From Antedon mediterranea (taxonomy: Eukaryota > Animalia > Echinodermata): a stretch of 64,000 nucleotides of DNA. Every line of letters starts with the position of its first letter. Positions within the stretch are counted from its first letter, which is position 1. Location of the stretch: the NCBI RefSeq assembly GCF_964355755.1, contig NC_092679.1, forward strand, positions 3,688,201 to 3,752,200, read 5' to 3'. The translations under genes and the position numbers were made by a program. Of this stretch, positions 24,802-38,500 are shown piece after piece. The notes under the pieces were generated by a model. It was given only the letters and a program-made list of their open reading frames with translations. It did not search any database and was not told where the DNA came from.

Positions 24802-27149
24802 TTAGTCTAGAATGTCGCGGTTGTTACGAGCTGCCGGTGCACAATCTTCATATACTAACGGATAATTTACAAAATTTATATCAAATTAAAATTATGAATT
24901 TAATACTAAATGAAAGAAAACCTTAATTCATAAAGTTGATAACCATTGATGATGGCAATACAAGAATTCAAAAATATTAAATTGGTATTATATTTCCTAG
25001 TAGCATACACAATAATTGTGTAATTACATAATGTATATAATGCATCGAGCTAGTTGAGTAATAAAAATGCACATACTGCCTTTATTTAACCACTGGTAAT
25101 TGTACCAATTTACCAGTAATGATATAGGTCTAGTGTAAACCGATATTAAATTCGTGATTCGGGATACTGCATTATAATACGGTAGCCGCCTTTATGGCAA
25201 CGAATAGCACTATATCGCTTGCTCTACTTTCAATAAATTAACAACTATTATTTTGCAGGCGTAATTTCATTACGATACACAATGTCATGTTCGACTCTAT
25301 TAGCTAAAGAAGCCTCGTGGTGGAGTTATCAAGGCAGGTGAGGTTATATTTTGTGAACGTATTGACCAACTATTGTACTATATCGATGTTTGTTTGATAA
25401 TCAAATTATTTTAACACAGACGGCCTCTGAACAACTAGTATTAATGAGCACAGCCTATAACTGAAGCCAATATTAAATTCAAAAATCAACGCCGTTATTA
25501 GATTAGTTGCGAGTCTCTCATTAAGCTCAATAAAGAACCAACTTAATTTATCACGCGGGGTCTTGAAAAATCATAAAACATAGAACTGTATGAAATAGTG
25601 TGTTCATTTTAATGAACAATCTTTAATTAGGCCTAACAGTAGTTTGACGAAAATGAATTAGGCGTAAATAAAATAATTACGAAATTAAACAAACGTAATT
25701 GCTATTTCTACCCATAAAGGAATAACGTACAGGCCTAATGATATACGAAAATCCTGAAAACAAATTAAACATTTAAAATTTTGAAATTGTGTTGAGTTTT
25801 CTTATAATCATTTACAATATGCATGTTACAGTAGAAATAAACAAATTAATTTGGTTTTCAATTTGTTGTTATTTTGCTGTTTTATTATTATTAGCAGGTT
25901 TTTAAAGAGTTTAACCTTTTATTTTCTAAAAACAGGACAATATGTAAAACAGGTGCTACATCTTAAAAAAAACTGTATTTTAAATCAAAAATAGTAAAAT
26001 TGGCTGCCAGCCAATGGATTTTTGGTTAAATGTAATGTTTATTTTGGTGTTTTTTTTTTAAAGTGAAAACATTTTTTTTTTCTACGAAAGTGATTAACTT
26101 TAGTAAAACTTCAAAAGTCTATTTTAATTAATCTTCATTTTTCATCTTTAAATAGAAATAAATTAAATAAAGTAGACCTGTCCATGGTTTTATATTCTTC
26201 GGGCAGGAGATAGTTTTATATTGCGGAGGTGTTCCTTCTCTGGGGGCGGTAGTAGGTCGTGGCAAATTGAAATCTCCTGTAATTAGACACTACTACCAAA
26301 GACCAGGGAAAAGTTAATTTAACTCTTCCCTGCAAAGACAGACGAACATTTGATTTTTACGAAGTCCTACCAGTGTATTATGAAGTCGCCACTAGAAATG
26401 TATAGTAATAACATGGAGGTATAGCTCCATGGTAATAATAAACAAAAGTAGCCTAAAACGTAGCAATTACGAATTAAATGTCAATTGATTCGACGGCGAC
26501 AAAACATTATGATCACTGAAGCGTGAAGGTTAAAACTGTCATGTGACATACGTCAATCAAACGTCTGTCAATTGCCAATCACCTAATTTTGTTTGATAAA
26601 GATAAATGTAGCGTAAACGTTATGTCAAATTACACTTTCATAGGCCTAACGGTTAGAAGCCGATTCATCAACAGGCAGGCTAAACCACATTGCATGTTGA
26701 GAAGACGGGTAGGCCTAACTCCTCTGTGTATACTCTTTTTATCTCACCAGTTCCTGGGGAGTTATCTCCCAGTTCTATAACACAAACTTAAAAAATCATA
26801 TATTTGGTACATTTTAAGATGTAATTCTAACCGCTGAGAATACAGTAGAAGAGAAACCCTCTCGACCCCAACATATCCCTTTAATAATATAGGTGCTCCC
26901 TGAATTGTTGGTCGTGTTAAATCACACATACGGTATATTTCCCCTCGTTTGTTTTGGGGTGTCGAAAGGAGTGGTTTCTTAATCTTTACCGGTAAATTAG
27001 GCTACCAACAAGTTTTTGTTCAAAATGCAAAACAAACAAAAAACCCAAAATGGATCAATGAGGAATCACAGTTAGGACAATTTTTTTAGACCAATTGTGT
27101 TGCAGTGATAGGCATGGGTTCGAGGTTATTATCTGTACCATACTAATTG

Positions 27150-27386
27150 CATCCTTAGGCAAGGTGCTTTACTCTCATTGCCTCGTCCTTCGGATGGGAT
27201 GTAAAGCCGTTGGACGTTAAAGAACTTGGTACACTATTCGAAAAAAGTAGGGGATCGTCTCCCGGTGTGCTGATCTGGTAGGCGCTGCACTGCTGGCTGC
27301 CGTGGGTCCGTGGAGGGCCTAATCCGAATTTCCTCAGTTTCCAGTTAAGCTTGAGGACAAATATGAATACCTTTACCTTTACCTTT
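27150..27386 (+). mobile_element. SINE body (MetaSINE-like domain) with (CCTTTA)n tail
   Basis: GCCTCGTCCTTCGGATGGGATGTAAAGCCG...GTTAAGCTTGAGGAC...(ACCTTT)3. The 3' end recurs inverted at 46590-46680. Confidence 0.75.
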
Positions 27387-28032
27387 AAATAACTTCGTAG
27401 GCCCAAGGAAGAGCGTGTAATTTCACTCTTCCCTGGTAGGCTAAAAGACCTTTGATGAACATTGTTGTAGTTGACTTCTAGGCTTAAATATTGCCCATCA
27501 AATCTGTTGTTCATGATTCGTTTGTCTAGATTTGTTTAGAAATATCATATTACTTGACATGGTTGTATTCAAGACAACTCGATACATTTAACTAACGAAC
27601 TAATTCAGTTAAATCTAATTACGACATGTCGCAAATGAAAGCACACATTTGTTTAACAGTGGGAGCTGTAGAGAGAGAATTAGGCCGCCGAAACATGGCT
27701 CTTGCAGGCAATAATTGATAATTCATATGGACACAAAGCCTTGTGCAAATAAACCTGCTTGTTCAGACTACTACTGGTCGTTGTTAATTAGCAGTATACA
27801 CTAATCAGCCTCTAAAATAATTTAATTATGTAGCACTTTGAAGAATTGCATTTTGCTATACACTGAGCGAAAGCAATGATTTTGTGAAAGTATATTTTGA
27901 AAACTGGGTCTCTATACGGGTTATCGCAAATAGCTTGATATCGCGCGAGGAATGTCATTGCACAATGCATGGACGTGGGAAGGATTTGGGAGCAAAAAGT
28001 AAAGAAACAACAAATACCGTACGTACGCGTAC

Positions 28033-28452
28033 CATCATCATCATCATGGTTTTCATCATCATCATCATCCTTTATCTTCATCTTCATCTTCATCTTTATC
28101 TTCATCTTTATCTTCATCTTTATCTTCATCTTTATCATTCTTCATCATCATCATCATCATCATCTTGATCATCATCATCATCATCGTCTTCATCATCATC
28201 TTTATCATCATCATCATCATCTTTATCATCATCATCCTTTATCTTCATCGTTATCATTCTTCATCTTCATCATTCTCATCATAATCTTCATCATCATCTT
28301 CTTCATCATCTTCGTCATCATCTTCTTCATCATCTTCATCCAGGGGTGGATCTAGGATATTGAAATAATCATCATTATCATCATCTTCATCATCATCTTC
28401 ATCATCATCTTTATCATCTTCATCCTTTATCTTCATCATTATCACCATTACC
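28033..28452. repeat. Compound (CAT)n/(CTTCAT)n/(CTTTAT)n microsatellite
   Basis: Direct inspection. Confidence 0.97.
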
Positions 28453-28530
28453 ACACAGCCACAATCATAACCTGTTTGATTAATTGAAATTGTTTATGGC
28501 ATGCCGATCTATGTTATATATATATATATA

Positions 28531-28655
28531 TTTTATCTGTATTTTATTGTTAACCGTTTTTGATGTTGTATTGTTTTATGTTTCAAACCTGTTAGTGGCG
28601 GTATTTATCGCTGTTGGTTTTGATTGAATAAAATAAAAAAATAAATAAAAAATAA
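28531..28655 (+). mobile_element. Short retroposon/LINE 3' end with (AAATA)n tail; apparently identical copy at 54447-54566
   Basis: About 110 bp shared, internal stem-loop, A-rich tail, preceded by (TA)n in both copies. Confidence 0.75.
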
Positions 28656-28789
28656 ACTACAAAAATTGATTAGGCCTAAAAGCGAGTCCTTACTGGGCAT
28701 TGGTAGTCAAAACAAGAATGATAAATAACACAATTCTAAGCACTGATATACTGAATTCAGCTTGTTTAATGTGGTATAAAAACGAATAA

Positions 28790-28976
28790 AGATCTGTCTA
28801 CACTATGAAACTAGTTTGATAAAAAAAAGTGTGATGTGCCCAGATATTGTAGTGATATGGCCAAATATGGTAGTGATATGGCCAAATATGATAGTGATGA
28901 CATCATCATGTCCACATTATATTGGCACATCATATTTTTTTTTTGTCACATAAAGTTTGATAGTGTAAACAGAGCT
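28790..28976. mobile_element. MITE family A copy
   Basis: TIRs with TAA on both flanks and an internal 20-bp tandem AAATATGGTAGTGATATGGC. Confidence 0.88.
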
Positions 28977-29531
28977 TAATAATTGCACTGAAATAGTAGT
29001 TAAAATGCCCTCTACTACCACTAACATTGAATACAATACAACTTAATGTCAATAGTGTATTTTCATTTTAGTGGATAAGGTGTATAATCGCATACATTAC
29101 TGAACAAAAATATGTTTGGCCTAGAAATGAATATTGTGAATAGAAAACGTGTAAATAAATATGGCGTTTAAAAAAATAGAATTAAAAGTTAGAAACGCTT
29201 TTTGTACGGTTTACTGCAAACAGGACCCATGTTATAGGCCTACTAGTTCATTAACATCGATTAATATTAAATTTATTTCAGTTTTATTGATTAATTAAAA
29301 TCTCTAAATTCGGCCTATCAAGTGTTTAAAATACATTTTACCGATTCCTAATAATTATTATTGAATATGAATATAAAAAGTCTATTTTTTAATATCTTAC
29401 GATACAACAGTTGAAATGCAACACATATTATATCATTTAAAGTCTATTTACATAAAATCTAAATTCAACTTGAAGAGTAATGAATTCTTAAATAGTATTT
29501 ACAAACAAAGGAACACATAAACGTAAAGTTT

Positions 29532-32500
29532 TTAACAATTATTATTTGTGACGTCATCATCCGTATTTATGACGTCAATATTTTCATCTGATGTTATGTC
29601 ATCCTTTTTCATCGGGTCTAATCTCTTTGATGGTTTGTCATGACTGCTGGTAAAGGTGTCCTTTGCTAGCCTGCATTCGCTAAGCACCTTAGCACTATGT
29701 TCTAATGCCTTGGCCCGTAGGGAGGCAATGCTGTGCGATCGTATCGCCTCCGTGTCGTCTCCACCACCGCTCGACGTTTTCGGTTCAATTTCCTTATAAA
29801 GTGGTTCCGATTTGGTACCTTCTTCGTCGCTCGCATTTTCACCAACTTCTACTGATTTTTTATGCATACCTTAAGAAAATAAGAAATAACGTACACATTT
29901 AATTTGGAATCCTACTGCATTTTATTATGTTACTTATGATCTTTAAGCCGATTTTCCACTAGGCGAATTTGTTCGCGCGAATCGAAAGCGCCAGCTTGTA
30001 CGCATGTGTATTCATGTTTACATCTTCCACATCCTTCTCTACGCATGCGTATTAGCTGACGCCTTCGATTCGCGCGAACAAATTCGCCTAGTGGAAAATC
30101 GGCTTTACACACTACAAACTATTTCGAATGTTTTAAACATTATATGCATCTGTGACTGTTTTAACGACACTCACCAAGTAACCATGGAGCGCATGGTTCA
30201 CCAGTCTTTTCGGATTTTAATATACTTTCTGGCAACGGTAGCGAATGGCGTACCATAGCGCCATACAGACCGTACTCGGCCATCACGCTGCTTCTACCCC
30301 ACGTCTTTTCCTTCTTTCTCCATTTGGCACGTCTGTTCTGGAACCACACCTAGAAAATTGAAGTAAATTATTACATTTAATATTTAAATTAAATAATTCA
30401 GTAAATTGAAAGCAACGAAATTATTAAGTTTGTATCTAATATAAGGCCTAATGTTGCTTAAGTATACACTCAATGAACCTGAAAATACTAAAATGTATCA
30501 TTTTTGTTGAAACACTGCGTATTTGTATTTCGATACTTAAAATCAATAATACAAAGTGCAACTTATATTAATGGAGAAGAGTACTAGTTGTGGAGAAAAA
30601 TATTATACTATATAAAAGATAATTATCAAAAATAAGTACGATATGGAAACTTGTTATTTTGATTACCAAACTTATAAACACTTATTTCCGATAACAAATC
30701 GATAGTAATGATTAATTTGGTGGATTTAGTCACTTTTTATCATAAACCGACGAATTTATCTTTAAAACTGATGTTAATCTCATAAATTGCATTTGAACAA
30801 GCATTTACAAGAGGTATATTTTACTATAGTTCTACATGTTAGTATATCATAAAGTATTTGTATGGAAAGTGAACAGTGTGTTCTTCATGAGTTCATGTAA
30901 ATGTGGAGCAAGCCGTTTAATCGCTACTCCACAAGTATTCTTACGCGGCTCGTAACGAACCATCGTCCATGACCTCATACGACACGCACGCTAGCTTGTT
31001 CTCCTTATTCTCTCTGTTCTTTTTTCCACATTACCCTTATTTTCACGTCTGTCAAAGTTCTTAACAAGATATTCCTAGCTGTTTAGTAGCTTAATTTTTA
31101 CAAAATAACACAGAATTCGTTGATTCTGCAAGTCTACACAACATTTGAAGTGGTAAAGCGAAAACACTTCAAAGATATTATTTAATATTAAAGTAAACAA
31201 GATCAACGTGTCTGAAGATTTGTTAAGAAGACAACAAATTGTAAACAACGAACTGTTATCCGACAGGAAGGAGACGATTTGTAAAAAGAAACTGCTGTGT
31301 GATTGGTCCACTTTGGTTAATACGTAAAATCATCGAAATGCAATTGTTCCACTTTGGTTAGGTATGTAAAAGTATCGAAATGTGATTGGTCCACTTTATT
31401 TAGGTGAAAATATCGAAATGTGATTGGTCCACTTTACTTACGTAAAAATATCGAAATATGATTGGTCCACTTTATTTAGGTGAAAATATCGAAATGTGAT
31501 TGGTTCACTTTATTTACGTGAAAATATCGAAATGTGATTGGTCCACTTTACTTACGTAAAAATATCGAAATATGATTGGTCCACTTTATTTACGTGGAAA
31601 TATCGAAATGTGATTGGTCCACTTTATTTACGTGGAAATATCGAAATGTGATTGGTCCACTTTATTTAGGTAAAAGTATCGTAACTTTATTAGTCCATTT
31701 CAGCATGTCCACATTTACTGGAGAAATCGTTCTAGCGAAGTCATATTCAACGCAAACCATGCTTTAGTATTTAAAAAATCACTGGATTAAAAGTTATGGT
31801 TAATTATCAGCACCTGACATCACGAAAATAAAGATGTTTACATTTTCTATCAACAGTAACAATTGTTGTTCAACTCTACATTGTGTAATCGCCACAGGCT
31901 TGTTCCACAACAGCTGAAGTTGGAACGAATAATTGGAGAACACTGCTACTGGTACTCTACCAGAGTAATGTATATAGAATAATTATGTAGAAGAAAAATA
32001 TATAGTAGACTATGAATAATGTGTATTTATTTTGAATATCTTTAAATATGATTTAAGTATGTTTTACATGAATATAAAAATTATTCTGAGTCTTGTTGCC
32101 GTAACATTTAATTCAGCAAAACAACTTGCATATTGTAAATGTTTAAGTTAAGGCTTCGCAAATTAATTCACTACACTGTTGATGTTTTATTGTAAGTAGT
32201 TATGTTGTTATAATTAAATATATTAATTACTTATATCTTAATCTTTTTCTTGCAAGAGACTCAATACGTTGTGATTTTTACCATTTGTCTCCTATCTTGT
32301 CGTAGTATACCATCCATCTACATACACCCATGTCTTTGTCCTCCCAATAATTATAATCAAATTAATTGGATAGAATCAGTATAAGGAGCTGATTTATGAT
32401 GGTAACATTTTCATTATGGCTAAATTCGTAATTACATCTAATATCCGAATATACATGATTGTTCTGCATGCACGGCGCTTCAGGCGAGATAATTTACAAA

Positions 32501-35500
32501 TCTTCTCACAGATTAAACTTGTAAATATAATCTATTTTTCTTGTGTTCTATCTCGCATTAGACATACTTTATATGAAATTACCCATCCTTTTAGTTGTAT
32601 TAGTAGTCTTTAAATTATTCAAATGACGAGTTACGAGTAAAGATTAGATCTTGATAACATGCAAATCCGTTACAAAATGATCAGATACAACAAATCAAAA
32701 TATTTCTCAATCAAGTTTATCGAAAACGTGTCATCTTGATAAAACTAGAATTTATGTAATAATTGATAGAATAAAAATGTGTTTAATCATCGAATGTGAA
32801 TTATAGGATTTTGTTGTAAAGTTAATAAACTTGATTAGGTTTTAAGAGAGTCGTTGAACCGGATTGTGACTACTTTCTCTGACAAATGCCAATTTTTCAA
32901 AACTAACGACTTTAAATTAGTTATTTAAAGGAAATGTTTATGTTTCTACCAATACCAAAACACATCAGACTATAGTTTTATCTTTAAGTTTCTACCAATA
33001 CCAAAACATATGAGACTATAGTTTTATCTTTAAGTTTCTACCAATACCAAAACATATGAGACTATAGTTTTATCTTTAAGTTTCTACCAATACCAAAACA
33101 TATGAGACTATAGTTTTATCTTTAAGTTTCTACCAATACCAAAACATATGAGACTATAATTGTTATGATATTAAAGTTTATACCAATACCAAAATATATC
33201 AGACTGTAGTTATGATATTAAAGTTTTACCAATACCAAAACATTTAAGCATGATTACAATCTTGCCATATAAACAAATCTCTGCAGCGAACAGGACATTA
33301 GGAGTGAAGTCGAGGAAGATATTGGTGCGACTGCAGGAAATACCATGCTATATTTAAATGAGTTGAAAAATTGGTATAAAATAAACTAATTCTGCCATTT
33401 AGAAAGAAATAAAGTTTGTTTTGTATTATAGATCTTTTCCTGTTTGATTTGGTTTTTCACTAAACAAATGTTTTTTATTTCACAAAAAAAAATACTAAAA
33501 AACAAGGCAATACAAAAACGCTTGGAATTTTTCAACATCTTCATCTTCTCTGTTGATACAACATTTAGGCCTATAAGATTCTCGTATTTAGACTTTATTA
33601 CGTAATTATTAACATTATTAATTATAATGGTAAGTATCTCATATCCTCACGAACGCCCTTCGCTATTCTATTCATTACAACAAGTGATAAATCTGCAATA
33701 ATTGATAATGAAGTAATTATTTATCGTCGATGCTTATTTTGGTTTACAATGAGCCCTCGATTAAACTTTAATTAATTTAATCAATTAGCAAGGTTACCAA
33801 AAAATAACAACAATAACAAAAAGCCACTATTAAGAGATAGTAAGAAATTGAAAACAATTTAGGCCTATAACTAATTATCAGACAAGCATGTATTGACTAT
33901 TGAAGGTAGGCTTTTTATGAAGACATTTGAGTTTAACTAGGCTTTGCAATTCATCAAAGCGACAATAGGACTTTGATAGATAGATAGATAGATTTTTTTT
34001 ACATTGCACAAAAAAAGATGAATTCATATGCTCTTTATCTGTTTTGGATTTACCCACTGAGTGATTTAACTTGAAGGCAGACGAGTAGTTATTCCATAAT
34101 TTCATACAATATAAGATTGCCTAAAGCCGTATTTTGATTTATTTACGATTAATTTTAAAATCTGTTCATGTTCTATTAATTAGAATAATGTTGCAATGGA
34201 ATCATTAGGCCTTATTAACACTCATTCTAATGGATCAGATTATCGAAATATGCAATGATAATTCGTTCACGTCTAATGTGTGGTGTCTCGATACCAAATC
34301 CTGCTTCACTTAAAGAAAATTAGTTTTCTTGCCAAAAGCGATGTAATAAAAAATAATGATATAAATATCTTTGAAAACTAGCACAGGTTGGGCAATTCGT
34401 CATTGACAGCACGCGTACGATTAAAGACGCGCGTGTACGATTAAAGACGCGCGCGTACGATTACAAGCTATCAGTATTTGAACGCGCATTGCTTATTCAC
34501 GGTTTGGCTGGTCACCCACCCACAATCGAGCATTTTCTATAGCTTACATCATCGTTTATAATCACAGACAGAAGTACATGTTTCGTGGCCTTTAGATTCT
34601 CTTTTATATGCTTTAACTGAACTGATTTTGAAAGTAAGATTAACAATCGCCCAAAGAGACGACGACAGAAATAAGAAGTGTTAATTTTACATATGATGTT
34701 ACTTATTAAAGCACGAAGAAGCTTAACTTAAGCCGATTATATCTTATTTGCTTGCGTCTCCTGTGCAGTAATAATATTATGCCTTAGAAAAAACACTTGC
34801 TTCCCTCAATCTGGTAATTGTCTAATTTCTCATCAATGATGTGGCGTAAAGCCTTTTTTGAATTTTAAATAACTTTAATCATGAAATAAGGCAATATAAG
34901 CGGATTATTAGCAATTTCGTAAGAATAAACTACGAGAGGATATTAAATGGCAAACTTAGTGTAATACATATATAAAACATTTGTCAATTTAATTACTTAA
35001 ATCAGGCTGTATAATTAAAGAAATGAAATGGAAATGTATTCATTGAAAATACACCATTAAGCCTCAACTCAGCGTCAATATTATAAAAGTATTATAAAAT
35101 CGTTGGTTCTTACAGGTGTAAACATGTACAAAGTCACTGATTACACTGATAATGATTATAAAACCGAAGACAATAAAACAAGACTTAATTTGACCATGCG
35201 TACGTAAAATGTTTCGACTTCCCGCCATTCAAACTTTATGCAGATTCACATATCAAATAGTAGGCCTATTGTTATTGGACAGACACGAACTTACCCTCTG
35301 TCTAAAAAGTGTGATGTGCCCAAATACGGTAGTTATGTGCACAAATATGGTAGTGATAATAATGACATCATCATGTCTATATATGGGCACATCACATTTT
35401 TTATCACATAAAGTTTGATAGTGTAGACAGAGCTTTAGACTAATAGGAATGATGTGTAAATAAGAAATAGATTAAACAACTCCATCATTATGCCTAAACC

Positions 35501-38500
35501 CACCACCAAAAGCAAAGTACCATTTTGGCCTTATTAAGTAGAGAAAATCCTCCTAAATTATTAATACATTATATTTCCTTTCTTTTAAGCCACCTCAAGA
35601 TTTTTTAATCGTAGCATGGTCAAAGATGTAACCATGTTTTGTATTTTAACCTAGGCCTACCTGAATTCTGTCTTCAGGGAGGTCTGTTTTAAGTGAGAGT
35701 ACCTCTCGGGCGTAGATGTCCGGATAGTGGGCGTCTCCAAACGCTTTCTCAAGTTCATCAAGCTGGTAACTGGTAAAAATAGTTCTGTAGAAGAACGGAT
35801 TATCGATATTTTATTCAATTCAATTCAATTCAACTTTTATTTCAGACAATTGTCCATATGGTATAATACATTACACAAAAAACAAGATGAAGGAGAGAGG
35901 ACCAAATTGGTATATAATGCCTCTCTCCATTTGTAGTACATTTGAATCCATTAACAAATATTTTTATATACAAATTAACATTCTGTTTTCGCTTTTCATT
36001 ATTCTTGTAAGAAATCGGTAAGTCGAAATCCTCAAATATTCATAAAATGATGGAATATTGTTTTCCACACACACATTCCTCGCACTAACAAATCTGGGTT
36101 GTCCCAACAACCTCCGGAAAGCATCATTATAACAAACTTTAATTCGGTTGATATCTTTTTTTAAATGATTAGACCATAAAGGAGAACAGTACATGTTAAT
36201 ACAATATGATCTGAACAAAAAACATTTGATTAATTTGGAGCAGTAGGAAAATTTACTACATAATATTAAATAACATATTAAACAGTGCACTATTTATAAC
36301 TACTACAAGCTTTTAACATAGAGTACTAAGCATATTATCTTTATCGCTGTTGTAGCTTAAATTCTGTCAAGTTTAGTTTGAGCGACAGTGTATGAAATTT
36401 GAGTAAAGTATCTAAGGATGTACACACTTGGTAATTAAGTTTAGTGTTTTTAATTCTAGAATGACAGTTTGAAGAAGTTTCTAAACAAAATTAGGGTAAT
36501 TACGTAGAAAATATTGAGCAACACTGGAACTTTGAATACAAACTAAACGTTCTAAAATAGAAAGTTCAACAATGTTATACAACTATATACATGAAAATCA
36601 CAATATTTATAGTAAGTAGCCTTTAGCAGCAGACGGTTGATGACATAACGCCAATCAACATGAACGTAAGGCGCTACTGACTGAGTTTTTTCACATGGAA
36701 TTTAAGGATCTGAACTAACCAGATTGCCTTCAGGCGAACAAAAAGCGTCAACTTTCTTGTAATCGCGTTGACAAGCATAAACTTTGATGTCCAAACCGGA
36801 TATCATTAATCTGTCACTCTTTAATTTGTTCAGGTGGAGCATGCGGGCTTATAAAATATTATTTGGATTTCCTGCATGGATAATGAGAACATTAGTTTGG
36901 ACACACTGACCGACTGACAGCAACGTACCTATGGCGTCTCTTTTTCCTTTTCTTTTTGTTTGTGGCGCTCATCGTTGAGGTTGGACTAACCACTCTCGTG
37001 TTTTCGTGTTCTTCATCAGTATCTAAAATTGAAGATTAATTATTTTATTAAGTTCAAACATAGCGACCCAAATCAGCAACCGGGTATTTAAATGTGTTAT
37101 ACAGTATACATATCAAACATGCTTAGCAAAAAATATTAGTTTTGGCTTAAGTCATATTAGTTATAAACAATTATAAATCCATTCCTTAAGATACAACAAA
37201 TTGGTTTGATAATTAAAGCCTCGGTGCCTCTCACTTTAGTACTTTTTAACAATCTTGCCTGAGCAAAAGGTTTGATAAACGTACCAGCCCAGGCCATGTG
37301 AACACATTTCTCGAAATATGCCTACTTAAATCGGTATAAGATTAGTTAAAAGTTTTATGTTCAATTAGCAAAAACATAAAGTTATAGGATTTTTGGCACA
37401 AGATTTCCATCTTAGTTTTTAGAATCAGAAAGCTAGATATTTTTGATTGGCAATAACTTCCTAGGTTTGATTTAACCATGTACATAGACACTATTCTATA
37501 TCCACTACTTATCCTCAAACAGTATTGTTTGATAGGGTCTAGCTTAAGGGGAAGCAGTCGTTCCAAATACACAGGTAACCACTAACATCTCCACGGGTAA
37601 ATTATACATTCTCCGCACGAACTCTTCAATCTGGTCAACGTTTCATCGGCCTCCTGCCGGCTAAGTACAATGAACAGTGTACGATGGAGTGCAGGTTATT
37701 TTACGATGAAAAGAGGCGAGAAAACATAACAAGAGGAATCAGACCGTAATCTGATTGACTTAGTGTAATGATAAAAAGACAGTAAGGAGGGCACTTTGTG
37801 CCAAACAATGCCACTTAAATTATGCCATGGTTATTCCAAGACTCGTTCACTCAAAACATTCATGAGATTTCATTTTATTATGACACTTGATATTTTAGTA
37901 GCATAGTTGTAATACAGTCTACAGTCTACTTCGTACCGGTATATTACATAAAGGAAACAAACTATACAATATTTTTGAATAAATCATTGTATAAGTATTA
38001 CGTAACATTCGTAATGTATAATGTCAAGGATTAAGTTAGTTCATATTATTTTTAAAAAAATATTGACCAGTTTGTTCAAAATTATTATTATCAAATATTT
38101 TTTTTTATATTATTATATTATTATTATTATTATTCATAGTGAAAATGTTGAACCTAGAAGTTGCTTTTTCCTTTTGAGTAACATGTTCGTATAACGACCT
38201 TTACATCTGGAAACATACCGGCTCAAGAAGGGCGGTTAGACATTCGCACTCTTTTCTTCCGTACTGTTTTCTAATATAGATTTTTAAACCTTTGCAGTTG
38301 AGCCTACATTAATTTTGGTCATGTTGATAACTCCTAATATTGTTTCGTAGTATAAGAATATTCTTTTGTTTAACAAACAACCATTCCACAACACATCTTT
38401 TATACCATTAGTATCTATTCTATCAATGATGATGTAGTAACTAAAAGCAGATTTTTTAACTTTTATAAAAATGACATATTTTCTTTGTCACGCTTTTAAC

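Noticed and set aside
27812-28454. Poly-His, poly-Asp and IF-repeat ORFs
   Set aside because: Translations of a compound microsatellite.
34570-34600. Additional hammerhead candidates (GAAACATGTA here, GAAACGTTG near 14725 and 37636)
   Set aside because: No CUGANGA plus stem II in the right position.
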